Assembly: GCA_038065015.1 (NCBI GenBank)
Contig: JBBTRU010000056.1
Location: forward strand, 1-36,610
Length of the DNA stretch: 36,610 nt
From: Patescibacteria group bacterium
GTDB lineage: Bacteria; Patescibacteriota; Patescibacteriia; PEXW01
Direction: 5' to 3'
This document shows, one piece after another, positions 27,895 through 36,091 of this stretch (position 1 is its first letter; each line of letters opens with the position of its first letter). Below the pieces are notes generated by a model. The model ran no database searches and was not told where the DNA came from. It saw nothing but the letters and a program-made list of their open reading frames with translations. Made by a program: the position numbers and the translations under genes.

Positions 27895-30623
27895 CTCCCA
27901 ATCCCCTTGTAGAGAATGCCGAGCTTCTGGAAGGCTTCTCTGTCCAGCGCGTTCTTCCCGTCAATGACCACGCGGACATGAGCCCGCTTGTACACTTCGG
28001 GCTTGAGCTCGAGGAAAGCCTTATGGTTCGTTGCGAGAATGACTGCATCCACGCCCTTCAGGAGCGCCTCCAGGCTCTTCACTGTGGACTTTTCGGGGAA
28101 ATATGGGTCGTACACCAATACTTTCGCCCCTAGGCCTTCTAGGAGTGCTATAACCTTCAAACTCGGGCTTTCCCGAATATCACCGACGTTTGCCTTGTAC
28201 GAGAGTCCGAGAACCCCAACGGTGACTCCTTTCACGGACTTCCCAATTTCGTTCAGCGCGCTCTGGAGCTTCCCAACAGTGTACCCAGGCATGCTGTTGT
28301 TTATCTCCCGAGCCAGCTTGAGGAACTTGTGGTCAAAGCCCGCCTGCCGCGCCCGCTCAATGAGGTAGTACGGGTCCACGGCGATGCAATTATGAGCAAT
28401 AAGGCCATTCGTGGTAATCACTGTCTGGGTCTGTTCAACTTCCAAGGAGTAGACCGCTCTACCAGGAACGACCCGCTTCCCTTTCACCGCGACACTTATC
28501 CAGCCCTGGGAGCGCTCGGCCCGCGGGTAGTGATTAACCTTTTTTCGGTTGTGGAAATACGCTTCCAACCGTTCGGCCTTCTGGTCCAAAAACGTGCCCC
28601 GAAGACGCTGGAGGTTTTCATCACCACTGATACGGAGCAAACCAGCCCGATGTTCAATATTCGCAATGATTCCCCGCTCCAACAGCAAGAGCAGCACCTG
28701 CTGGAATAGTTCTGGTGAGGAGGTGAAGTAATTAGCGGAAACTGTGGTATTCCGGTGCACGTACCGACGACCGTTCTTCACATACGCTCTTGATCCAGTG
28801 CTGTACTGCACGCCACCGTCACCACGGAGAAGACCTTTGAGTACTTCACTGCGCAGCTGTTGGTTCCCCATGATGACACTAGGGATTCTCATGGTGTAAC
28901 AATCCACCCCGGTTGCAAACGTTTGCTTGAAAAGGAACGCAAGGATGGCAGATGACACTTTGATATGGTGAGCCTGGAAGTGTTTGTCACGGTACTCGGA
29001 AAAGGCGATACCTAAATGCTGGAGTATGGCGCGCATATCTGCCAGGACTTGCGTTTCTTTCGGGTGGAAAGTAAATCGTAGCCGTGCGGTTTTTTTCTCC
29101 GTGGTTAAACACCCTTCACTCGCGTAGTACCCAAGCAAACGAGCAACCTGTGCATCAACAGTAAAAATTGCGGGCAGCTGGCTAAAAGATGGTCCCCGGC
29201 CAGTGCAGAGCAGCAGGCGCTGACGTGGAATGCCTAGATGACGCTCCAAGCGTAACCACACGGCCGCTGGCATGCTGTTATCCCGAATGAAATCGCGTTT
29301 GCCCGGTACCCCGGTGAGCAGCTTTGAAATTTTCGTCTGGTACCGCTGCACATCCGCCGGTTGCAACTTGACCCGAATCTTGGCTCTTAACGCCGCTGGC
29401 ACAAGTGCAAGCAGATCGAACGATGCAACCGGTTTCGTTACATCAGGCAGATTGTTTGTCAGGAGCAGACGGTCACCTACCCGTACGTCTTGCGCCCACT
29501 GCAAGCGGACTTCTTTAACACGCTGCAGAAATACAGGATGCTTATCTGTGACCTTGGTCTTGATGTTGTAATCGGCAAGTAGTTCAACCATTGAATCTGC
29601 CCGGCGACGGGTAAAAATACTCACCGGACGAAAAACTGTTTGGTGCGTGGTCATGTCGTACGAAAGAACTTGAAGGCCATTGGGCACACGACAAAGCGTT
29701 TTCCCTGCCTGGAAACTCTTGGTTGCTTTCGTTACATGCAAAAGCTGATCAAGCTGCGCAAACGTCATGGTCCGAATCTCCTTACCAATTCGGATCGTTA
29801 CCCACTCTTGCCCGTCAAAACAGTGACCGCCGACGCCGACTGATGGAAAGTGGGGCATGAAAGCGAACGGCTTGGTCGCGGCCCCTTGGATAACGTCATG
29901 AACGTCTATGCCGAGCACGTCGAACGACTTTGCCAGCTCATTGACGTAGGCAATGTTTATATCACGGAAGGTGTTCTCGATAATCTTCGTAGCTTCAGCT
30001 TCTTTAATGGACTTCATAACCCGAACCTCACCGGAGATGATAGAACGGTAAAACTTCGCCGCGCGTTGAGCACCTTTCGGCGTGACCGAACCGACGCAAC
30101 GGGGGATATTTCGGACGTTCCACTTCGCATTACCCGGGTCAATGCGCTCGGGGCAGTGCGCGAGCTCGAAGTCCTTGCCGACTTTGTACTTGCCATTGGC
30201 TTCGAGAATCGGCAGAACAACCTCCTCGCAGACACCTGGATTTATCGTCGACTCAATGACGATGAGTTGCCCTTTCTTCAGATTCCGGACAATGCTCTTG
30301 CTTGCGCTAATGACCGGGCCGAGGTCTGGGTTGTTGAGGTGGTCAACAGGCGTCGGCACGCACACGACGACGATGTCTGATTTCTTCACCGCAGTGTAGC
30401 TCGTCGAAGCGGCTATCTTCCGTTTCGCGATGGTTGCGGTAATACTCGGCTCATCGGGTAATGTATTAATGCCGCGATTAATCGCATTCACTTTCTGTTT
30501 GCCATGCGTAATACCAAAAACTTTGTAACCTTTCTCAACCGCAAGCGCGGCGAGGGGCAAACCAACGTACCCCAAACCTACGATGCTTAGTACCTCTCGC
30601 TTGCGGAGTGATGCTTTGGCCAT
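27891..30623 (-). CDS. UDP-N-acetylhexosamine 6-dehydrogenase (WecC/WbpA/WbpO family), intein-containing
   Basis: GLGYVGLP, CVPTP, IEST, PERIDPG, KIIENTFRDINIA, GVGGH|CIAVDP and GLSYKANVGDIRESP. ATG 30623 gives a 910-aa precursor and a 432-aa spliced enzyme. Confidence 0.92.
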   Translation of the reverse strand: MAKASLRKREVLSIVGLGYVGLPLAALAVEKGYKVFGITHGKQKVNAINRGINTLPDEPSITATIAKRKIAASTSYTAVKKSDIVVVCVPTPVDHLNNPDLGPVISASKSIVRNLKKGQLIVIESTINPGVCEEVVLPILEANGKYKVGKDFELAHCPERIDPGNAKWNVRNIPRCVGSVTPKGAQRAAKFYRSIISGEVRVMKSIKEAEATKIIENTFRDINIAYVNELAKSFDVLGIDVHDVIQGAATKPFAFMPHFPSVGVGGHCFDGQEWVTIRIGKEIRTMTFAQLDQLLHVTKATKSFQAGKTLCRVPNGLQVLSYDMTTHQTVFRPVSIFTRRRADSMVELLADYNIKTKVTDKHPVFLQRVKEVRLQWAQDVRVGDRLLLTNNLPDVTKPVASFDLLALVPAALRAKIRVKLQPADVQRYQTKISKLLTGVPGKRDFIRDNSMPAAVWLRLERHLGIPRQRLLLCTGRGPSFSQLPAIFTVDAQVARLLGYYASEGCLTTEKKTARLRFTFHPKETQVLADMRAILQHLGIAFSEYRDKHFQAHHIKVSSAILAFLFKQTFATGVDCYTMRIPSVIMGNQQLRSEVLKGLLRGDGGVQYSTGSRAYVKNGRRYVHRNTTVSANYFTSSPELFQQVLLLLLERGIIANIEHRAGLLRISGDENLQRLRGTFLDQKAERLEAYFHNRKKVNHYPRAERSQGWISVAVKGKRVVPGRAVYSLEVEQTQTVITTNGLIAHNCIAVDPYYLIERARQAGFDHKFLKLAREINNSMPGYTVGKLQSALNEIGKSVKGVTVGVLGLSYKANVGDIRESPSLKVIALLEGLGAKVLVYDPYFPEKSTVKSLEALLKGVDAVILATNHKAFLELKPEVYKRAHVRVVIDGKNALDREAFQKLGILYKGIGR
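28389..29822 (-). mobile_element. Intein with LAGLIDADG homing endonuclease (478 aa)
   Basis: In-frame insert starting CFDGQE (Cys1), block B TDKHP, LAGLIDADG-like helices LLGYYASEG and LKGLLRGDG, ending VYSLEV...LIAHN followed by Cys+1. Removing it restores GGHCIAVDP. Confidence 0.95.
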
Positions 30624-30628
30624 AGAAA

Positions 30629-31552
30629 TTACCGGGATTGGGAACGAAACCACTCGAACGTTTTCTGAATCCCCGCTTGCAAAGGTATTGCTGGTTGCCA
30701 GTGCAGCGCGCTGTGTGCCAAGTTTGCATTCAGGCTGCTCCGTTGCATTTCCCCAACAACTTCTGGTTGGCGATCAATTAGGAGTTCGTTCCCGACCACG
30801 CTTGAGAGATTGTGGATGATATCCAGAACAGACGTTTCTAGGCCGGAGCCGATATTGAATGTACCTGCCACATCACGATCGAGCGCGTTAAGAAACGCCT
30901 GCACAATATCTGCAACGTAGACGTAGTCCCGCGTGTGTTTGCCAGTGCCGAATACTCGCATAGGCTGCTGCTCCACGGCGCGCTTGGCCAGGATGGCAAT
31001 GACGCCCGCTTCACCAAAGGGGTCTTGCCGCGGGCCAAAGACATTCGCCGGCCGGAGGATCGTTGCTTGAAAATTGTGAAGTTTGCTCCAAACCTCCAGG
31101 TACCGCTCGGATGCGTACTTTGAAATGCCGTAGGGGGACGATGGTTGCGCTGTCTGCGTTTCAACGGCTGGCAACTCCGCATTGTCCCCGTACATTGCCC
31201 CACCGGTAGAGGCAAAAATAAATTTCTTGAGCTTGCTCCCGGGAATTGCCTCCAAAATATTGCACAAACCAACCAGGTTAATTGCCGCGTCTTTGGCTGG
31301 GTGTTTGAGTGACTCGGGTACGCTCTTCTGTGCTGCGAGATGAAATATCACCTCAGGTTTGTATGCGCGCATCACATCCAGCGCAGCGGACATGCAAATA
31401 TCCCTTTCGACAAATTGCACTTTTGGGTTGACGTACGCATGCTTCCCCGTGCTCAAATCATCAATAACCATGACTTCTTCGCCACGCTCAACCAGCGCAT
31501 CCACGAGATGCGAGCCGATGAACCCAGCACCACCTGTCACCAATATTTTCAT
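30629..31552 (-). CDS. UDP-glucose 4-epimerase family SDR
   Basis: GGAGFIGSH, ASTGGAMYG, YGISK, NVFGPRQDPFGEAGV and TRDYVYV motifs. Confidence 0.9.
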   Translation of the reverse strand: MKILVTGGAGFIGSHLVDALVERGEEVMVIDDLSTGKHAYVNPKVQFVERDICMSAALDVMRAYKPEVIFHLAAQKSVPESLKHPAKDAAINLVGLCNILEAIPGSKLKKFIFASTGGAMYGDNAELPAVETQTAQPSSPYGISKYASERYLEVWSKLHNFQATILRPANVFGPRQDPFGEAGVIAILAKRAVEQQPMRVFGTGKHTRDYVYVADIVQAFLNALDRDVAGTFNIGSGLETSVLDIIHNLSSVVGNELLIDRQPEVVGEMQRSSLNANLAHSALHWQPAIPLQAGIQKTFEWFRSQSR

Positions 31553-32565
31553 GAAGGGTTATAGCTAATCACGCGGCTCGCCTTCATCACCTCAATAGTC
31601 TGCGCCAGGCCATCCTGCAATTCAATGGTCGGGAACCAGCCCAGACGGTCTTTGGCAAGGCGGATATCGGGCACACCCTGGCGGCTGGCAAAGGGGTGTT
31701 CGTCCACGTGCTCGATGGTGCTGGTAGATTGCGTGAGTGCGAGAATTTTCTCGGCCACGGTCGTCAGCAGCACGGGGTCGGGATTGCCTAAATTTATCGG
31801 CCCGCCTTCGGAAGATTTCATCATCTTCACAATCCCGTCGATCATGTCGGCAATGTACACAAACGTACTGGTGGCATCGGGCTTGCCGTAAATTTGCAAC
31901 GGCTCCCCGAGCAGGGCGCTCCGGACCAAATCCGGAATCAGGCGGCCGTCGGTAAGGCGCATGCGCGGACCAAACGTGTTAAAAATGCGCACCACTTTTG
32001 CGTCCACGTTTTTATGCAAGCGGTAGTTCATGGCCAAACTTTCGGCAAAGCGCTTGCCTTCGTTGTAGCAGCTGCGCGGGCCGGTGGGATCGATAAAGCC
32101 CCAGTAATCCTCGCGGAACGGCTGGTTGTTTACCGGTTCACCATAAATTGCGGACGATGAGGCCAGCAGGTATTTCGCGTCCCACTGTTTGGCCAAATCG
32201 AGCAGGTAGCGCGAGGCAAAAGCATTGGCCAGCAGGGTTTCGACCGGCAATTTTTCGTACTCTTTGGGCGACGTCGGGCAGGCGAAGTTGTAAATTTCCT
32301 GCACGCCCTGGATAGTGACCTTAAACGGCCGCAATTCGGGGAATTTTTCTAAGTCGAGTGGTTCGGAGAGGTCGTGCTTGATGAATTTGAAATCCGGATT
32401 TTGCAGCAGGGGTTCGATATTCTCAATGGAGCTGGTGCTAAAGTTGTCCACGCAAATAACCTTGGCGTCTTTTACCAATTCGTCGCACAGGTGCGAGCCA
32501 ATGAAGCCTGCGCCGCCGGCGACGAGGACGTTCTTTTTCTCAAAAATGGTTTTTCGTTGGGTCAT
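31549..32565 (-). CDS. UDP-glucuronate decarboxylase (UDP-xylose synthase) family SDR
   Basis: GGAGFIGSHLC, FACPTSP, GPRSCYNEGKRFAE and RIFNTFGPRM; the usual STSEVYG reads SSSAIYG. Confidence 0.82.
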   Translation of the reverse strand: MTQRKTIFEKKNVLVAGGAGFIGSHLCDELVKDAKVICVDNFSTSSIENIEPLLQNPDFKFIKHDLSEPLDLEKFPELRPFKVTIQGVQEIYNFACPTSPKEYEKLPVETLLANAFASRYLLDLAKQWDAKYLLASSSAIYGEPVNNQPFREDYWGFIDPTGPRSCYNEGKRFAESLAMNYRLHKNVDAKVVRIFNTFGPRMRLTDGRLIPDLVRSALLGEPLQIYGKPDATSTFVYIADMIDGIVKMMKSSEGGPINLGNPDPVLLTTVAEKILALTQSTSTIEHVDEHPFASRQGVPDIRLAKDRLGWFPTIELQDGLAQTIEVMKASRVISYNPS

Positions 32566-33290
32566 AGACGTGGGGCGATAAGCGGGAGGAAGCGAAGGCG
32601 GAGTAAGAAAAGCGTTGCAAACATCTGCAGGCTGGTGCGGAAGAGTTGTACGGGTGTGCCGAGGATGGCCGAACGCGAACGGTCTACCCAGTGGGTCGGC
32701 ATTTCAACAATAGCCGCGTCGGCCCGGCGAGCCAAGAGGAGCAGCTCGACGTCGAAGGCCATATTCCGAACGCGCGCGTGCGGCAGGATGCGTTGGAGCA
32801 AGGTTTTGGAAAAAATCTTTGCCCCGCACTGCGTATCGCGATACGGAAACCAGAAAAGGGTTTTTACCAAGGCGGCAAACGTTAGGCTGGCGAGCGTGCG
32901 GCTAAAGGCGCGGTTCTGCACCACTGCACCAGGTGCCCAGCGGGAAGCAATAACCCCATCGGATGCACCAAGTGCCTGCTCGAGCTTCTGGAACTCTTCG
33001 GGGCTGGTAGAACCATCGGCATCGAGGTAGCCAACGTAGTCACCCGTGGCCAGTGCCAAGCCCGTCCGGACGGCGACCGCCTTCCCGACTGGTTCGGAAA
33101 TAACGTGCACGCGGATGTTTGAGTGCTGCTGCTGGTACTGCATAACCAGCGCGACCGTACCGTCGGTGCAGCCGTTGGGAACGATGATGAATTCCGTACG
33201 CAATGGGAAAGAACGCAGATAGGCATCCAGCGTCTGGCCAATTCTCTCTGCTTCGTTGTACGCCGGAATGACTATGGAAAGCATGCGCAT
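32562..33290 (-). CDS. Polyprenol-phosphate glycosyltransferase (ALG5/DPG-synthase-like GT2)
   Basis: LSIVIPAYNE, DADGS, DTQCGAK and FDVELL. Start at ATG 33290 (or 33284) because the longer ORF runs through promoter and repeat DNA. Confidence 0.88.
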   Translation of the reverse strand: MRMLSIVIPAYNEAERIGQTLDAYLRSFPLRTEFIIVPNGCTDGTVALVMQYQQQHSNIRVHVISEPVGKAVAVRTGLALATGDYVGYLDADGSTSPEEFQKLEQALGASDGVIASRWAPGAVVQNRAFSRTLASLTFAALVKTLFWFPYRDTQCGAKIFSKTLLQRILPHARVRNMAFDVELLLLARRADAAIVEMPTHWVDRSRSAILGTPVQLFRTSLQMFATLFLLRLRFLPLIAPRL

Positions 33291-33296
33291 GACTTG

Positions 33297-33318
33297 AAAA
33301 AACACCCCTTGAGGGTGC
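33297..33318 (-). terminator. Putative intrinsic terminator
   Basis: Minus strand GCACCC-UCAAG-GGGUG followed by six U; the stem is short. Confidence 0.5.
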
Positions 33319-33322
33319 AATG

Positions 33323-33351
33323 ACTGTAACATTTTTGTACGTTTATGGCAA
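33323..33351 (-). promoter_or_regulatory. Sigma70-type promoter for the minus-strand glycosylation operon
   Basis: TTGCCA (33351-33346), 17-nt spacer ending TGt, TACAGT (33328-33323). Confidence 0.6.
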
Positions 33352-33368
33352 ATGCACGATTTACATGC

Positions 33369-33448
33369 GTAGGGGCAGAGCTTGCCTGTCCCGCCGATGG
33401 CGGTGGCTCTGCCCATGTGTATTCGGGTCGAGCAAGCTCGACCCCTAC
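33369..33448. repeat. REP doublet (REPIN-like) of two inverted GTAG-type palindromes
   Basis: GTAG-GGGCAGAGC-[24 nt]-GCTCTGCCC (33369-33414) followed by GGGTCGAGC-AA-GCTCGACCC-CTAC (33425-33448). Confidence 0.7.
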
Positions 33449-33530
33449 GTCTCTATGTCATGCAGCGAAGGCTGTACATACCTCGCGTACCTTCTCCCTG
33501 CCCGCGCAGGCACGGAGACCTGCGCTAGGT

Positions 33531-33953
33531 CTACGCTTTATGTTCTACCGCTTTAAACGCCCAGAGCTTTCCACCAATAAAATTCCAACTCAAGACCAGT
33601 ATAACGGCGGCGGCTTTGCTTATGACCCGGGAATTTGTTACGGGCAAGAACACCCCGACAATGAGCTCGCTCAACCCCAATCCCACCAAAGCGACTACTA
33701 AAAATCTCGAAGCCTGCTGCCAGCGACGTTGATCGGCTGACCGAAAGGTCCACCGGCGATTGAGCAGAAAACTATTGGAAAAACCTCCGGCAAAGGCCAG
33801 GGCATTCGCAAGCAACGGCCGGTCGGCAAACCATACCACCCAACTGGTGAGCGAGAAAAAAATGATCCAGTCTACCGCCGTGTTGGCAAAGCCCACAATG
33901 CTAAAACGGACAAATTGACGGGTGGTCGGATGGCTGATGAAGCGTTGGATCAT
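33531..33953 (-). CDS. GtrA family flippase-like membrane protein
   Basis: QFVRFSIVG..NTAVD, SFLLNRRWTF and WNFIGGKLWAF; four TM. Confidence 0.93.
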   Translation of the reverse strand: MIQRFISHPTTRQFVRFSIVGFANTAVDWIIFFSLTSWVVWFADRPLLANALAFAGGFSNSFLLNRRWTFRSADQRRWQQASRFLVVALVGLGLSELIVGVFLPVTNSRVISKAAAVILVLSWNFIGGKLWAFKAVEHKA

Positions 33954-36091
33954 TGGGCGCTGATGGTGCCGACGGTAATGCCCGTGGTGGAGCGCGCGCT
34001 GTAGGCGTTAAAGGCTGCCAAGCGCGTGCGGCCAAGATTGGTAAACACGCGCACTTCGGGTTTTGCCCCCGGGCCAGTGCCGGTTATGATGTCCGGCGTC
34101 CCATCGCCGTCAATGTCGCCCGTCGCCAGATTCACTCCCCCCCGTTGGCTGGTGGCGTACGCCGCAAACTCCCGCTGCAGCGTACCGGTGCTGTTGAAGA
34201 TGCGCACGCGCGGACTGCCGGTGGCCAAACCAACAATAATCTCGGCTTTGCCATCGGCCGTGAGATCGCCAGCCGTGAGCGTGACGCCCGTCGTTATATT
34301 CGTTGGAAAAACGCGGAAGGATCGCTGGAGTGTTCCCCCTCCCGAGAAAATTGCTACGCGCGGATCTTTGGCAAATTTCGAAATAATAATTTCGCTCGTA
34401 CCATTGCCATCAGTATCAGCCACCGCCACCCGAACGCCACCGGTGTAGGTTTTGGTAAAAGCGAAAAATTGACGAATCAGCGTACCCGAACCGTTAAATA
34501 CCCGGACTTGTGCCGAGCCCGTGGCTGTCCCAACGACAATCTCCTCGGTGCCGTCGCCATCCAAATCGCCGGTGGCATGCACCACGCCCCCGCGAAAAGC
34601 CGTGGGGTAGGCCAAGAACGAGCGAAGCTGCTTGCCCAGCCGGTTAAACACGCGCAGCCGCGGTTCCACGCCCTTGCCGAAAGAAGTGACGTACTCTTCC
34701 TGCGCATCACCCGAAACATTGCCCGCGGTCACAAAACCGTCGGCCCGAGCACCCGCATTGCTGCCGTTGAGAAATTGCCGCTGCACCTTGCCCGTGGCAG
34801 CGTACTCGCGCACGCGCGGGGTATCGCCGAGCAGCGGGAAGGTGAGAATATTCTGCTTGGCAAACTGCGCCAGCTGCACGCTGTCGAGCAGGGTAGCAAT
34901 GTGCAACCGGCCGGCGCCCAGTTTTGCCGCGTAGGTTGGCTCGCTGGCCGCAAGAGAAAATGCGGACTGCTTGAGCAGTGCTTCAACGGCATCCACGCCA
35001 AGATCCGGCCCGGCGGCACGCAAGAGCACGGCCGCGCCGGCCACAAAGGGCGAAGCAACCGACGTGCCATACCAGCCCGCGCCGCTCACCTGGGAATAGC
35101 CCTGGTCGGGCGAGTAGAAAAATGTGCTGTACACATTCTCCCCGGGCGCGGCAATGTCCACGCACGAGCCGTAGTTCGAAAATGTCGAACGGGTATTACT
35201 CGGGCTCACCGACCCGACCCCAATGACGCCGGCGTAGCAGGCCGGGTAGCGGGGTGAGCTATCCAGGTCCACCCCTTCGTTCCCTGCCGCGGCAATAACC
35301 AGCACTCCGGCAGCGTGCGCCTCATCCAGGGCGGCGACGAGCGTTGCACTTGTCCCTTCGCCCACGAAGCTTAAGTTGATAATCTTTGCCCCGGCCGCAA
35401 CCGCGTACCGTACGCCTTGGGCCACCGTGACCGTGGACCCAGACCCGGTGCTATCGAGTACGCGCACGGCCATGATGGTTGCTTCCCAGGCCACGCCCGT
35501 CCCCGCGACGCCGTTATTCCCTTGGGCCCCAATAATCCCGGCAATGACCGTGCCATGGTTAATCCCTGCGACCGTAGCGCCCGGCGTTACCTGCGGCCGC
35601 GGATCTCTTGACCCTTCGATAAAGTTCCAGCCGTGCACATCGTCCACGTACCCGTTCGCATCGTCGTCCACGCTATTGCCGGCAATTTCCTTGGGATTCG
35701 TCCACAGGTTGCCCGCCAAATCCGGATTCGTAATATCGACCCCCGAGTCGAGCACGGCCACCACCACGCTGCTGGCATCGGTACGGGTATTCCAGGCTGT
35801 CGGGGCACCAATGGTGCTCAAGGCCGCCTGCTGGGTATAGTCCGGGTCGTTCGGGACTCCTGCCATGCGGTACGTTACGTCAGGCTCAGCCGCAACCACC
35901 CCGGGCAACGCTCGGGCTTGGGCAAGTGCAGCCGAAAGGCTCGGTGCGGCAACCACACGTGATTCTAAGCCGCCCGCTTGCCGGGTAAGCACCAGCCGGT
36001 AGGGCTGCAGTGTTGCAGCGTGCGCATCGGCAACGGTCAAATGGAGAATAAGTGCAATACCAAAAAGCACACCGCCAATAACCTTGCTCAT
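33950..36091 (-). CDS. Secreted S8 (subtilase) serine protease with C-terminal FG-GAP repeats
   Basis: Signal peptide ending AHA-A, short propeptide, catalytic VLDSG, HGT and GTSVASP, oxyanion AAAGN. Confidence 0.93.
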   Translation of the reverse strand: MSKVIGGVLFGIALILHLTVADAHAATLQPYRLVLTRQAGGLESRVVAAPSLSAALAQARALPGVVAAEPDVTYRMAGVPNDPDYTQQAALSTIGAPTAWNTRTDASSVVVAVLDSGVDITNPDLAGNLWTNPKEIAGNSVDDDANGYVDDVHGWNFIEGSRDPRPQVTPGATVAGINHGTVIAGIIGAQGNNGVAGTGVAWEATIMAVRVLDSTGSGSTVTVAQGVRYAVAAGAKIINLSFVGEGTSATLVAALDEAHAAGVLVIAAAGNEGVDLDSSPRYPACYAGVIGVGSVSPSNTRSTFSNYGSCVDIAAPGENVYSTFFYSPDQGYSQVSGAGWYGTSVASPFVAGAAVLLRAAGPDLGVDAVEALLKQSAFSLAASEPTYAAKLGAGRLHIATLLDSVQLAQFAKQNILTFPLLGDTPRVREYAATGKVQRQFLNGSNAGARADGFVTAGNVSGDAQEEYVTSFGKGVEPRLRVFNRLGKQLRSFLAYPTAFRGGVVHATGDLDGDGTEEIVVGTATGSAQVRVFNGSGTLIRQFFAFTKTYTGGVRVAVADTDGNGTSEIIISKFAKDPRVAIFSGGGTLQRSFRVFPTNITTGVTLTAGDLTADGKAEIIVGLATGSPRVRIFNSTGTLQREFAAYATSQRGGVNLATGDIDGDGTPDIITGTGPGAKPEVRVFTNLGRTRLAAFNAYSARSTTGITVGTISAQ
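33953..34850 (-). repeat. Six ~50-aa FG-GAP/VCBS-like protein repeats (probable beta-propeller)
   Basis: Recurring PxVRVF..G...RxFxAY....GGVxxAxGDxDGDG..E unit; boundaries approximate. Confidence 0.8.

Noticed and set aside
28389-29822. Insert as a group I/II intron or frameshifted fusion
   Set aside because: It is a continuous in-frame 1434-nt insert with Cys1, TxxH and His-Asn/Cys ends, which is diagnostic of an intein.
33399-33411. GGCGGTGGCTCTG resembling an ops/JUMPstart element
   Set aside because: It mismatches GGCGGTAG, is on the opposite strand to the operon, and is explained by the REP structure.
33291-33416. N-terminal extension of the GT2 ORF to 33416
   Set aside because: It runs through the terminator, promoter and REP palindrome; the GT2 fold begins at MRMLSIVIP.
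33953-34850. Periodic similarity as a CRISPR array or DNA tandem repeat
   Set aside because: Similarity is at the protein level with diverged codons; no identical repeats with spacers and no cas genes.
33953-35257. 434-aa plus-strand ORF opposite the S8 protease
   Set aside because: Antisense shadow of a GC-rich gene with no recognisable motifs; the minus-strand protein is clearly real.
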